Below are positions 45,588 to 55,426 of a stretch of 64,000 bases of DNA, piece by piece. The translations under genes and the position numbers were made by a program. Positions within the stretch are counted from its first letter, which is position 1, and each line of letters starts with the position of its first letter. Where the stretch lies: the IMG/VR virus record IMGVR_UViG_3300034082_003579, one strand, 5' to 3'. The DNA is from a virus (taxonomy: Duplodnaviria > Heunggongvirae > Uroviricota > Caudoviricetes). A model generated the notes under the pieces. That model saw nothing but the letters and a program-made list of their open reading frames with translations. It ran no database searches and was not told the origin of the DNA.

Positions 45588-46148
45588 TTATATACCGGCT
45601 GCTGCTTGTAACTGACGAATATCTTTTTCTCGTTCGTGAATTGCCACAGTATCTAGTCCGGCAGCAGATCTCATTTCATTTAGGTCTGATTCTTTTTGCT
45701 TGCGATAATCTTTGGGACTGAGCGGAACAGTGCGATCAAATACTTCGGAACTGAAGGGAATATCTTTGCCGTCGTAATGCATGTTCCAATCTGTAGAGTC
45801 GTATTCTGTAAGTGTGGATAAATCATCCACAGCTTCAGCCAAGTTTCGACCGGCTGCACTGCGGCGGCGCAATTCAATATAGACCAAAAATCTTCCGGGT
45901 TTGATTTCGCCTGGACTTACATCTGCATCCAGCACCCAATCATAGCCTTTCTCGAACCAATTCATCAAGTCAGTAGCAGCCGCCTTGCTGCGTACAAAAA
46001 AACTGACAACAATAATGTCATCGTCGTCGCCCATTTTAGACGAAAATTCGTCAATATGCATGGTAGGCTTCATCATGCCTACCAAGTCCTTGTATTCCAG
46101 TCCTTCAAACAGCTGGTTGGATTGACGGTTGAGCGGCTGGTTGTTCAT
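45588..46148 (-). CDS. hypothetical phage protein
   Basis: Start set at ATG 46148; LFE and LNE sites suggest head processing. Confidence 0.7.
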   Translation of the reverse strand: MNNQPLNRQSNQLFEGLEYKDLVGMMKPTMHIDEFSSKMGDDDDIIVVSFFVRSKAAATDLMNWFEKGYDWVLDADVSPGEIKPGRFLVYIELRRRSAAGRNLAEAVDDLSTLTEYDSTDWNMHYDGKDIPFSSEVFDRTVPLSPKDYRKQKESDLNEMRSAAGLDTVAIHEREKDIRQLQAAAGI

Positions 46149-46695
46149 TGGTTTCATCTTTTTTAAATTCCTGTTGATCAAGGTCTTCTTGGTATGCCGA
46201 ATCGAGATCCTCTAGATCAATCAACTGGTCTTCCATTTCTATAGACCCTGTACGTATATCGTTCATGAGTGCTTTGGGTATAACGATTTCCACCAACCAC
46301 ACTTTTTTCTCTACCAATCGAGCTTTGTGTGTGCCTGGAACAAAATCATCAGGTTCTTCGATCTTGATGGGAATTTTAATTGTGGTTTTTTTGTACTTTA
46401 TGGTACAATCAAACGGCAGCAGGCGTCTGGCACCGCGTGGGTCCGGCATAAGCTTTTCAGGCCACATAAAAATACAAGCAACCTTGTATTTTCTGACTTC
46501 GGGGCCGGCAACCAATTCTCCCAATTGCCAGTTTTTAAACGCATATAGATCTAGTTCATCTAGCACACGCTCAAAATCCAACAACGTCAACAGACTACCG
46601 TCTGACAGATAGAGATTTTTAATGTTGTCGGCAACCATCCAGTAATCAGCATGGTCTTTGAATATATCGGAATCGAGTTTTGAATTAAGTGACAT
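46105..46695 (-). CDS. hypothetical phage protein (late)
   Basis: 196 aa behind a perfect TATAAATA. Confidence 0.8.
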   Translation of the reverse strand: MSLNSKLDSDIFKDHADYWMVADNIKNLYLSDGSLLTLLDFERVLDELDLYAFKNWQLGELVAGPEVRKYKVACIFMWPEKLMPDPRGARRLLPFDCTIKYKKTTIKIPIKIEEPDDFVPGTHKARLVEKKVWLVEIVIPKALMNDIRTGSIEMEDQLIDLEDLDSAYQEDLDQQEFKKDETNEQPAAQPSIQPAV

Positions 46696-46700
46696 AATGT

Positions 46701-46708
46701 TATTTATA
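46701..46708 (-). promoter_or_regulatory. T4 late promoter consensus
   Basis: TATAAATA 5 nt before ATG. Confidence 0.75.
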
Positions 46709-46845
46709 ACAAAACTGCACTGTTGTATTTTTGAATTTGATGTAGCGTAGCCTAATACTTATGACCAAATACAATCAATAACACAGCATATTAAACTGAT
46801 TTGGTTCGGCAGTTAAATACTTTCATGTTCAGAGGAGAAACTGAT

Positions 46846-47583
46846 TTGAGCAGAGCACGCGGAGTTAAGGCGCAACGCCGGCAGCATGATACAGTAGTAG
46901 AAAACACCATAGATTTTGACAGAGCAAGACCCCGATCGAGAAATGTAGAAGTTGTTCCCAAAAGTAGGGGACAAGAAACTCTCGTGTTGGCGTTAAATGA
47001 CGAAAGCTTGCATATAACTATAGCAGTAGGTCCTGCCGGTACTGGCAAAACTTACTTGGCCATGCAAGCTGCAATACGTGCATTACGCACAGGTAAAATT
47101 GACAAGATCGTTCTAACTCGACCTGCAGTGGGAGTAGACGATGAAAAGCATGGTTTTCTGCCTGGTGACTTGAATCAGAAAATGGAACCATGGACCCGCC
47201 CTTTATTGGATGTCTTACATGAATACTATTCGCCTAAAGATGTTGCCAAAATGCTGGAGGATCAAATTATTGAAATATCGCCCTTGGCATTCATGCGGGG
47301 TCGTACCTTTAAACAAGCCTGGATCGTGGCCGACGAAATGCAGAACGCCACTCCAAACCAAATGAAAATGCTGTTGACTCGAATTGGTGAGGGCAGTAGA
47401 ATTGTAGTGACCGGTGACGTAGAACAGGCTGATCGTAAAAATCCCGACAATGGCTTGTTAGACATTGCTACCAGATTAGAACAGTCACCCACCGACGGAC
47501 TTAGAGTGTGTCGATTGGGCGCCAAAGATGTTCAAAGACACCCAATCATTACTAGTGTGCTAAAGATCTACGGCAGCGATTAA
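46846..47583 (+). CDS. phoH: PhoH-family ATPase
   Basis: GPAGTGKT, TRPAV, GFLPG, MRGRT, DEMQN, GDVEQ; TTG start 46846 after GGAG. Confidence 0.93.
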   Translation: MSRARGVKAQRRQHDTVVENTIDFDRARPRSRNVEVVPKSRGQETLVLALNDESLHITIAVGPAGTGKTYLAMQAAIRALRTGKIDKIVLTRPAVGVDDEKHGFLPGDLNQKMEPWTRPLLDVLHEYYSPKDVAKMLEDQIIEISPLAFMRGRTFKQAWIVADEMQNATPNQMKMLLTRIGEGSRIVVTGDVEQADRKNPDNGLLDIATRLEQSPTDGLRVCRLGAKDVQRHPIITSVLKIYGSD

Positions 47584-48194
47584 ACAGCAGTAACGATCTC
47601 GTAAATTTCCCGCCAGTTTCGAACTCGGGGAATTTCGGGATCTGTGTAATCCATGTTGTGACCGTGTTCCATTAGTAGGCTTTTCAAACCTAAGTCACGT
47701 CCCACTTGGCAATTTACAATTTTGTCTTCAATCCAGTAGCAACCGGTGCCTCGATAAGGTTCCAGTGCCGCATCTTTGTCAGCACCAGTGTCGAGATAAA
47801 CAAACTTTTCAAATGCTGTTTTTCCAAACAACTTCCGTAGGTTCATTGTGCGCAACTCACAGGCGTTGGGATCTTGGCTTAGACTTGTAATGGCATGAAA
47901 AACATATCCATGTTCTTCGTGCAGGCGTTTGACATAATACATGGCGTCACGCAAAGGCGGTAAGAAACCAATGTGTGCAGATTCGTTGAAAATCTTAATT
48001 AGTCGCTTGCCTTGCTCATTGGAGATATCGTAACGTGCGCCAATATTGTATTTTAACCCGCCGCCTTCTACACGGTTAAATCCATGCTGTTGCATGTAAA
48101 CGTCAAACGCATACTCCCAGTCCAAGATCACGCCATCGCAATCAACTAAGATTAGCTTCTGGTTCAGATTCTGCTGGTTTAAATTTAATTCCAT
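47580..48194 (-). CDS. HAD-family 5'(3')-deoxyribonucleotidase-like phosphatase
   Basis: LVDCDGV, AITS, WIEDK. Confidence 0.8.
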   Translation of the reverse strand: MELNLNQQNLNQKLILVDCDGVILDWEYAFDVYMQQHGFNRVEGGGLKYNIGARYDISNEQGKRLIKIFNESAHIGFLPPLRDAMYYVKRLHEEHGYVFHAITSLSQDPNACELRTMNLRKLFGKTAFEKFVYLDTGADKDAALEPYRGTGCYWIEDKIVNCQVGRDLGLKSLLMEHGHNMDYTDPEIPRVRNWREIYEIVTAV

Positions 48195-48435
48195 TTTCTT
48201 TGGCTAACCTATCAAATGTGGCAGCATAATGCTGATAATAGAATGACACAATTCTGTCCCAATCTTTGGGCACTGTAGTACCATTCATACTACATTGTAG
48301 CACACTCTGAGTACGGAAGTCAAGTATTACTGCAGCAGTCTGGCGATCGCGTGTTCGTAACGATCCTGCTACAGCCACAACTTCATCCATTTGACCGTTG
48401 GGTTTTTGGTAATAGCTAATCAAAAAGTATCTCAT
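48142..48435 (-). CDS. hypothetical protein
   Basis: 97-aa ORF. Confidence 0.7.
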   Translation of the reverse strand: MRYFLISYYQKPNGQMDEVVAVAGSLRTRDRQTAAVILDFRTQSVLQCSMNGTTVPKDWDRIVSFYYQHYAATFDRLAKENGIKFKPAESEPEANLS

Positions 48436-48438
48436 ATC

Positions 48439-49362
48439 TTATCTCAATTGAGCCAGTTCGCAAAGGCAAGCTGACAGGTTAATTTCTTGATCTGCAACCA
48501 GTGGAACATTTACCAATGCATTGCGTATAATGACAATTGCTAGATCTTGCTTTTCTGGTTCCGAACTCCATAATTCTAAATTATCGTACATCCATCGATA
48601 AACAGAATCCATATCTTCGCTAGTGGCTTGACTACAGATGGTCTTTCTTGCGTCTAGAATACGACCTTGCTTGAACAAATCAACAGCATGAAATCTCCAA
48701 TCTTGCGTGGACTGTGCTGAACCGCTTGGTTTGAGCAAAGTTCCGGAAATGCTGTTTTCTTGCAATAGATTCATGCATTTTCTCAAATCTGGATAGGTTG
48801 CTTTAACAAACAAATCTAATGTATCTAGATTAAACTCCACACTCTCGGCAACCAATACTGTGGCTGCTCTTGCAGTGAATTCAATTTGATCAGGTTTATC
48901 AATATGTACATTGGTGCATCGACTGTGTATTGCTGGCAAGATTTTGTTTGGATAGTTGCAGGTCAAAATAAATCTAACTGATTCGCTGTAGTCTTCCATC
49001 AAGGCTCGCAGGGCCGGCTGTACGCTGTTGGGATTCATGTAGTCAGCTTCATCGATCAGCACAACCTTGAATTCACCGAATGGCATGGTCTGACAAAAAT
49101 TGATCAGTTTATCTATCCATTCAATTTTACGTGCTTCCTTTGAACCGTTGGCATCCAAGACATCAAATTCATCCACACCCAACTCGTTGATTAAAACTCG
49201 AGCTAGAGTAGTTTTTCCTGTGCCGGGACTGCCACTCAACAGCAGTTGAGGAATAGATCGGTCTGCAATCCAATGCTCAACCAAGTGCTTTAAATTTTCA
49301 TCAGAGAAGGCATACTCAGACACTGTTTGAGGTCTATACTTGTCTTTCCATAATTGTTTCAT
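48439..49362 (-). CDS. clamp loader ATPase (gp44/RFC small subunit-like)
   Basis: WKDKYRPQT, GSPGTGKT, IDEAD, FILTCN, SRC, PDLRK. Confidence 0.92.
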   Translation of the reverse strand: MKQLWKDKYRPQTVSEYAFSDENLKHLVEHWIADRSIPQLLLSGSPGTGKTTLARVLINELGVDEFDVLDANGSKEARKIEWIDKLINFCQTMPFGEFKVVLIDEADYMNPNSVQPALRALMEDYSESVRFILTCNYPNKILPAIHSRCTNVHIDKPDQIEFTARAATVLVAESVEFNLDTLDLFVKATYPDLRKCMNLLQENSISGTLLKPSGSAQSTQDWRFHAVDLFKQGRILDARKTICSQATSEDMDSVYRWMYDNLELWSSEPEKQDLAIVIIRNALVNVPLVADQEINLSACLCELAQLR

Positions 49363-49529
49363 TGTTTGGTCTTAAAAAGTTGTTTGAAAAAGTTGATGAT
49401 ACCGTCGAGATGTGCAGGAAGGTGCGGACACCTTCCCTGCTGCCAATTGCAAGCAGGATCAATTGCTTGCTTGCAAGTTTGACATTTTACTGGCGCTTGA
49501 TTATGTCTACTAGACGTTGTTGTTCCCAT
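49359..49529 (-). CDS. 56-aa Cys-rich protein
   Basis: Not in ORF track. CQTC...C...GRCPH; ATGA overlap with the clamp loader. Confidence 0.6.
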   Translation of the reverse strand: MGTTTSSRHNQAPVKCQTCKQAIDPACNWQQGRCPHLPAHLDGIINFFKQLFKTKQ

Positions 49530-49714
49530 TTTTCTTCACCTAAAAAAGTTGGTAAATCTTGGTAGACATCATCTATAAAGCATTTTAACTGATATAAATC
49601 ATGTTTGCAACCGGAGGCTGTCCAACCGTCGTTACGACTGTCACATACCGCAGCGGATATTTTGTGAACCTCTCGATACAAAATATCAATGTCCCATCCT
49701 TTTTTAAATCCCAT
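49487..49714 (-). CDS. hypothetical protein
   Basis: 75-aa ORF abutting groES. Confidence 0.7.
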   Translation of the reverse strand: MGFKKGWDIDILYREVHKISAAVCDSRNDGWTASGCKHDLYQLKCFIDDVYQDLPTFLGEEKWEQQRLVDIIKRQ

Positions 49715-50092
49715 TTATCTTGATTGCGGACTGACTTGCACAGCTTCACTCATGGTACCATCGCTGGGCTGCTCATTTGACACCAACAGGATATCTTTTG
49801 GATCAATTTTACGAATGGTTTTGACACCGGTGGCATCTTCAATGTCGTGTCCTCGTGTCCAACGCCCGTGTGCTACACAGATCCATTGCCCGACAGTGAC
49901 ATCCTGCTGTTCTGGACCAGTTGCATATACTTGCCCCCAGCGTGGTCTAATGCCTGCAGTGGTGCCGTTATCATTCAACAGTACAATACCACTGGCTAAC
50001 TGGCGTCCGGTAAATTCCATGTCAGTGACCAATACCGAATCCTTGAGTGCTCGTAATTGATCAACCCGAGTTGCCGAAAATGCTGTTTTCAT
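49715..50092 (-). CDS. GroES-like co-chaperonin
   Basis: SGIVL mobile loop, GQVYATGP, DILLV. Confidence 0.8.
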   Translation of the reverse strand: MKTAFSATRVDQLRALKDSVLVTDMEFTGRQLASGIVLLNDNGTTAGIRPRWGQVYATGPEQQDVTVGQWICVAHGRWTRGHDIEDATGVKTIRKIDPKDILLVSNEQPSDGTMSEAVQVSPQSR

Positions 50093-50101
50093 TTGTGTTC
50101 C

Positions 50102-50503
50102 TTATTGAGATTTGACTTGGCGGGCTCGTGCAATTGCTGCTGCAAGACCGTCTTGAGCTGCTGCCTCCACTGGTGCTGCATTTTGTGCAGCAGGACGATC
50201 AAAATCATTTAATTTTTCAAATGTGTCATCAAAATCTTCGGGAGGTACTGGAATCTCTGCCGACTTAGCAACAGCAGCGCGGCTGCTGTGAACTGTGCCG
50301 CTGTCGGTGTTGGTCACTTGCTTTTTGTATTGACGGCCCACCTGATTGTTTCGCGAATCAATAGGACGGTTGTTACTGTCCAGCAAATCCCCGCGAGCGT
50401 TTACGTTCATGTTGCCAACTGCTCGTACATTTTCGTTTTTGAGTTGTAACGCACCCAGATCAACAATTTTTCCTTGAGCAGTACGATATGTTTTTTGTGT
50501 CAT
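50102..50503 (-). CDS. hypothetical protein
   Basis: 133 aa, AAGGA SD. Confidence 0.75.
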   Translation of the reverse strand: MTQKTYRTAQGKIVDLGALQLKNENVRAVGNMNVNARGDLLDSNNRPIDSRNNQVGRQYKKQVTNTDSGTVHSSRAAVAKSAEIPVPPEDFDDTFEKLNDFDRPAAQNAAPVEAAAQDGLAAAIARARQVKSQ

Positions 50504-50518
50504 AACTATTCCTTTATT

Positions 50519-51040
50519 TTAGCGTAAAAATTCTTTTGGGTCTAATTCATAATACATGCTGTCTATGCGGTGCACTCCCAGCAAGTATAAAACATAACTT
50601 GCCAAACTTGATCCGCGACCCACACCCCAAATTAGACGATTTTGTTGCATAACATCAACTAGATATTTAAGGTAACGTAATAAATCAAAAAGATTTCGCT
50701 CTTGATATAACAACAGTTCTTCACCTGCTCGCTGCAACTGTTCTGGCGTGTCGCAAAGATCCAAAATGTGCTTGGCAATATCCAACTGCTGATATTGGAC
50801 AGGCATGAACCAATTCTGTTGATTTCTATGATCAAACTCGGAAACAGTCAGTTGTTGTTCCGCCAATTTGTCGTATTGTATAAAAGTCGGCACATCTTCT
50901 AGTATTAGCGCAGCAGTTTCTAAATCCACAGGAGGGTCTACCACGACAGGTATTGTGCCAAACTCCTGGCCCTGCATGATCAAATCAAACACATCATCGT
51001 GATCGAGAATTATTTCTCCAAATTTATTTGTCTTTGTCAT
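50519..51040 (-). CDS. stand-alone DNA polymerase III alpha (DnaE) fragment
   Basis: WGVGRGSSLASYVLYLLGVHRID...EFLR matches DnaE GPGRGS...FLN; start set at ATG 51040. Confidence 0.75.
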   Translation of the reverse strand: MTKTNKFGEIILDHDDVFDLIMQGQEFGTIPVVVDPPVDLETAALILEDVPTFIQYDKLAEQQLTVSEFDHRNQQNWFMPVQYQQLDIAKHILDLCDTPEQLQRAGEELLLYQERNLFDLLRYLKYLVDVMQQNRLIWGVGRGSSLASYVLYLLGVHRIDSMYYELDPKEFLR

Positions 51041-51635
51041 TTTTAAACTCAGCAAATACCAAAATATTCTCCTGTGTCTCTATGCCTGTGTCGGTGTTCC
51101 ATTCAAGGCCAACTTCTCTCCATAGTTTCCCTACAGGCAAAATAACCAAGTTATCGGGCTCACCTTCTGCAGATTCTAATGCATGTGTGGGTTCGTGGTT
51201 GTTCCACCAGCCGGCGGTGTTTTCAAAAGGATGATTGTCCTCAGCAGAGTCATGTTCGTAGATGATGTCATCGCCGGCTTCACTGGAAAGCAAGATTGAT
51301 CTAACAAGCATGTTGCCTTCCATTATGGCATTGAATTTGGAAAATAATGCCATGCCAATGACCTGGTCAACTGGTTCTTCGGGTAGTACAGTTACTCCAA
51401 TGCCAGCTGCTTGTAATAGTTCAATTTGATCAGTTTCGCTGTCGCAGATAAAAACTGTATCAGTCAAACACTGTTCAACCAAGTACTTTACTCGATCCAG
51501 CGCAATGTTCTGATTGTTATGATCTGCAGTGATTGTCAGCAGTTTGAGAGTTGTGGTATAATTGTTCATTATCAAGTGACTGTTGAACCAGGCACCAGCA
51601 GTGAATCTTAATGTACAGCCAATTTTTACATTCAT
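51024..51635 (-). CDS. hypothetical protein
   Basis: 203 aa, ATGA-coupled. Confidence 0.75.
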   Translation of the reverse strand: MNVKIGCTLRFTAGAWFNSHLIMNNYTTTLKLLTITADHNNQNIALDRVKYLVEQCLTDTVFICDSETDQIELLQAAGIGVTVLPEEPVDQVIGMALFSKFNAIMEGNMLVRSILLSSEAGDDIIYEHDSAEDNHPFENTAGWWNNHEPTHALESAEGEPDNLVILPVGKLWREVGLEWNTDTGIETQENILVFAEFKNDKDK

Positions 51636-51871
51636 GATATGTTTATTTTGTCAGAGAAGTCGGGATCATTTCTGTTTTTAGAATCGTACATTTCTTTTGT
51701 CTTTTGTTGATAACGATTGGTAAATGTTTCAATTGCCATTCTGATTTGCCCGGCTAAATTTGCATTTCCGGATCGTTGAGCAAATGATAGCTTTTTATTG
51801 AGTTCGCTGATTTTTTCTTGCAATTGATCAATTGTAAGATTGTGAATGTCGTTTATTAAGGGATGTTCCAT
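51632..51871 (-). CDS. small coiled-coil protein
   Basis: 79-aa ORF. Confidence 0.7.
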   Translation of the reverse strand: MEHPLINDIHNLTIDQLQEKISELNKKLSFAQRSGNANLAGQIRMAIETFTNRYQQKTKEMYDSKNRNDPDFSDKINIS

Positions 51872-51878
51872 AAATTAT

Positions 51879-51924
51879 AGGCCTTTGATGTTGTATATTA
51901 ACATCAAAGGCCTGGGGTTGTCAA
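51879..51924 (-). promoter_or_regulatory. 14-bp perfect inverted repeat overlapping a sigma70 promoter
   Basis: aggcctttgatgtt-7 nt-aacatcaaaggcct (51879-51913); TTGACA-18-(TGt)TAATAT with the -10 essentially in the loop. Confidence 0.75.
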
Positions 51925-51933
51925 GCAATTAGA

Positions 51934-52815
51934 TCAAGCAAATGTAGCAGCATTGTTGCCGATACAAAACCATTTTGAATTGATGTACATGAGAGTACAG
52001 GCTTGCCCAACGGCAGTAAATGTAATGGTACCAGTACCAGATGTTTTCCATCCGGCATTGGTAACTGTGATCACCATGTCACCTGTGTCGGCGTACATGG
52101 CAAATACTTTGACCTGACCGGGCGATCCCGCTGCCAATGTTGCTGTTTCGGCTGCAGCGGTTGAAAAGTAACTGGTGGTTTTGGTAAGGCTTGCTGCAGC
52201 AGCATCAGCCAAATCTTCTGCACTTGGCAAATAGATCGGATCAAAGTTTTGATTGAGATCGAATACAGAAATAGTTGCACCACCGGTGCTGGTTTCAAAT
52301 TCGTATTCAAAAACTCCAGTGCGAGTAAATGTCAAAATATTGCTGTTCAAACCTTGAATGTTGCTGGTTCCTACAGAAACAGCCACAGGCAATGTCAGAG
52401 TGTATGACAAGTTGTTGACTGTGACCTGCAATCGACAACGTGCTGCTACGCCAGACGCCGGAAAGTTGGCAAAACTCAAGCTGACTGATCCGCCCAGTGT
52501 TAGTGTAAAATACGGACCGGCTTCGTAATTGAGAATTTGACTGCCAACTACAGATTGAAGAGCAACTTTGGTTTCGCTCATGTCTTGCAACTGAGCATTG
52601 CTCAAGACCGAGCCGCCCATGTCGTTGTTGAGAGTGGTTCCTGTTAGAGCCGATTTTAGCACTGCCTTGTTCTGCAGATCTGTGATTTCTGCTGCAGCAT
52701 AACTAAAATTAGTCTTAGTGTTGGTAAAGTTATCGCGGAATCCTTGGCTGTCGTTGTCTTGACCGGCTACAGGATATGCACCATCGATGTTGTTTGGGTT
52801 AATAGTTGACGCCAT
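51934..52815 (-). CDS. virion structural protein (tail/baseplate region)
   Basis: YPVAGQDNDSQGFRDNF N-terminus; T/A/S-rich beta composition. Confidence 0.65.
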   Translation of the reverse strand: MASTINPNNIDGAYPVAGQDNDSQGFRDNFTNTKTNFSYAAAEITDLQNKAVLKSALTGTTLNNDMGGSVLSNAQLQDMSETKVALQSVVGSQILNYEAGPYFTLTLGGSVSLSFANFPASGVAARCRLQVTVNNLSYTLTLPVAVSVGTSNIQGLNSNILTFTRTGVFEYEFETSTGGATISVFDLNQNFDPIYLPSAEDLADAAAASLTKTTSYFSTAAAETATLAAGSPGQVKVFAMYADTGDMVITVTNAGWKTSGTGTITFTAVGQACTLMYINSKWFCIGNNAATFA

Positions 52816-52818
52816 TTT

Positions 52819-55425
52819 TTATCCTAAAATATTGGTTCTGGGGTATAGAATATATTTATCAAAGTCGTCGGTGAATGCGTAGGTATTTGCCGGCGCGATA
52901 AAATCTGTGCTTCCCCCATCAAAGTATGTGCCCAGTAGATCAGTGGGAGTGATATCAAAAGTGGTAGCTGCAGCCGGGTCTGGGATCCAGCGTCCAGATT
53001 CAACACTGTCGTCGTATGGCTCCCAAGCATAGGTCATTCTGCGATCTATTTCGTAGCGATCAGCTTTGAAATCAATCTTGTTTAGCTGATTGGCAAATTT
53101 CTGTTGTATATTATAGACCACTTGTCCACCCAGGCCAGGCTTGACATAAGCTATTACCCAGGCCGGAGTAAATCCTGGAACACGACCATCGGCTTGCTTG
53201 GATATCATCCATGTGGGCAGCATCGGACTAATTTGTCCCACTGTGTCAACCACCTGATCACGCATGTTAATCAGGCTGTTAGGGTATACAACATCAACTG
53301 AAGTGCTGTCGTCCAGTTCTACTGCATAAGGCAAGGTTATTTCTTTGCTGACACTTTGTCCCTCGGCGTTGACCTGGTCGTCGATAATTCTACTGTACAC
53401 TGCTTCGTATATAACTTCTCCTGCAGCATTTCTCGCCTGGGCATATTCAACTGGGCCAAGAATGAGATTTTTCCAGTAATGATTGATTTCCAATGCTGCC
53501 ACATAGCTTTCTAAACTGGCAGCATTTAGACCAAATGCATGATCGTATACTACACTGCTTGCTACTCCAAAGTTTGGATCATCATTGCGATACACCATGT
53601 CCACTGGAATGATGTCTTGGTTAAGTATCAGCTGATCGATCAATGCACGGTCTGATTCTGACGGCATGGCCTTGATATACAAGCCCTGATAAGGCTCGTT
53701 AAACAAGCGTATTACTTCCAATTCGAAGCGTCGATTTACTGATACTACATTTTTAATGGTGGCAATGTCAATTATTGATCGTGCGGCGGCAGCAGTACCG
53801 CCGCCGCCTGTGATGGTTATTGTGGGAACACCAATATAACCTCTGCCCATTTCGTCGATGGCAATGGCAGTAATAACTCCGCCAATTATGGTGACTGCTC
53901 CTGCAGTGGCTTGCACTGCTCCAACCACTGTAGGTGGTGCTGATATAGTGACAGTGGGAGTTGATGTATATCCGCTACCGCCGGATTGAACAACAATTGC
54001 CGATACTTTATATCCTGGTTGCTCCGAAGCAGGAGCATAGGCATTCACTGTAAATCTAAAAACCATATCAAATGTAGTTTCTTTATTGATTGATCTGGTG
54101 CGTATGTTTTTATCGAAAGTGGTATAACCAGTGTCGACTGCAAAAGTGTTGAAACTGACACGCCCAACTAGGTTTCCAGTTGCAGTTAATCTTAGCCCCT
54201 GTGGTAATTTGCTATTGCTGCCCTGTACCAATCGGTACGACAGATCTCTACCAGCAGCATTGACAGCTTGCACACTTATGGTGCTTATCGCGCCATTGTT
54301 GATTGTGCCTAGATCAGGATCGGTTAACCAAACTACGTCGGTTTCCACTGCACCAATGATGGTTAGAGTAAACAGTTTGGTATCTGAAATAACAGTGACG
54401 TCAGCGGCTTTTCTAACACGCACACCAAATTGATAGGTGTTTTCTGTTGCGCCTTGATCTGGAATGTAGCCATAAAACCAACCGGTATTGATATTGAGCA
54501 CAAGGCCAGGCGGCAAACTAGATGACCCCACTGCAACAGAAACATATTCAATTGGATCACCGTCGAAGTCAATCCCTTCGAACTTGAATGCGTAAAAATT
54601 GTCAGATCTTACTTGTCCAAGATCTCCTGACTCTGTCAGTAATACAGGTGTTCTTGTTGGTGTTACATCAGCTGTAACAAATGTATTGTCCGCTGTGATA
54701 TTGGTATTGTCAGCCGACAATTCATTGACACTGTAAACATAGATTTCAAAAATTCTAACGTTGGAATTTTTACCGTCGGTGATTTCCACTGCAAATTGAT
54801 AGTTCTTGCTCAATGCCCGTGTTGAGAAATCAAATTCGTACTGATCAAACTCAGTGATGTCGTAACCGGCTGTTGCTGTACCCGGAGGTCCTGTCAGCGG
54901 TGCAATAGCACCTGATATCAATCCAGTAACTGGATTCAATACCAGCCCAGGTGGTAATGCACCCGACAGCACAGACAATCTTAGATTATCATCGACGTCG
55001 GCATCAGTAAACAAAAGTTGTATACTGGCTTCGGTACCGTCGTAGAAAGTACCGATATTTCCTGCAGGGGTTATAAACTCCGGAACATCTTGGCCAGTGA
55101 TGGTGAGTGTAAATGTTCTGTCATTCAATCGATCTACTAAAATTACACCATTGACTACCTTGGTAGTATAGGCACGTATGGCAAATTTGCTGACAACGTC
55201 TTGGTTGACTTCAGTGGGTACTCCCTGCACATTGATTATGTTTCTGGGTACACCTTCAATTATGCCGCTATTGGTAATTTGCACGCCGTTGGGTAATTCT
55301 CCGGCTATGACCTGATAAAAAACATCCTCAATGCCGGCTGTGGCTGTTACTTCGATGCTGTAAAAAACACCTTCTGGAATGGTTCCTAAACTGCCAGCAG
55401 GAGTAATCCACTGTGGTTGTGCCAT
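52819..55425 (-). CDS. baseplate wedge-like protein with Ig-like repeats
   Basis: Repeated GxLPxGLxL...GxIxG Ig motifs, SGGSGYTSTP repeat, DRY...TTFD C-terminus. Confidence 0.7.
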   Translation of the reverse strand: MAQPQWITPAGSLGTIPEGVFYSIEVTATAGIEDVFYQVIAGELPNGVQITNSGIIEGVPRNIINVQGVPTEVNQDVVSKFAIRAYTTKVVNGVILVDRLNDRTFTLTITGQDVPEFITPAGNIGTFYDGTEASIQLLFTDADVDDNLRLSVLSGALPPGLVLNPVTGLISGAIAPLTGPPGTATAGYDITEFDQYEFDFSTRALSKNYQFAVEITDGKNSNVRIFEIYVYSVNELSADNTNITADNTFVTADVTPTRTPVLLTESGDLGQVRSDNFYAFKFEGIDFDGDPIEYVSVAVGSSSLPPGLVLNINTGWFYGYIPDQGATENTYQFGVRVRKAADVTVISDTKLFTLTIIGAVETDVVWLTDPDLGTINNGAISTISVQAVNAAGRDLSYRLVQGSNSKLPQGLRLTATGNLVGRVSFNTFAVDTGYTTFDKNIRTRSINKETTFDMVFRFTVNAYAPASEQPGYKVSAIVVQSGGSGYTSTPTVTISAPPTVVGAVQATAGAVTIIGGVITAIAIDEMGRGYIGVPTITITGGGGTAAAARSIIDIATIKNVVSVNRRFELEVIRLFNEPYQGLYIKAMPSESDRALIDQLILNQDIIPVDMVYRNDDPNFGVASSVVYDHAFGLNAASLESYVAALEINHYWKNLILGPVEYAQARNAAGEVIYEAVYSRIIDDQVNAEGQSVSKEITLPYAVELDDSTSVDVVYPNSLINMRDQVVDTVGQISPMLPTWMISKQADGRVPGFTPAWVIAYVKPGLGGQVVYNIQQKFANQLNKIDFKADRYEIDRRMTYAWEPYDDSVESGRWIPDPAAATTFDITPTDLLGTYFDGGSTDFIAPANTYAFTDDFDKYILYPRTNILG

Positions 55426-55426
55426 G

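Noticed and set aside
17265-46845. Long N-terminal extensions in the ORF track (e.g. 18566, 20176, 23074, 30353, 43678, 46181, 46801)
   Set aside because: They overlap upstream genes; internal starts have SDs or ATGA/TAATG coupling.
49362-49565. Plus-strand ORF MFGLKKLFEK
   Set aside because: Antisense to a better coupled minus-strand ORF (49359..49529); no SD or promoter.
50519-51040. Split-intein DnaE
   Set aside because: No intein N-terminal sequence follows the DnaE segment.
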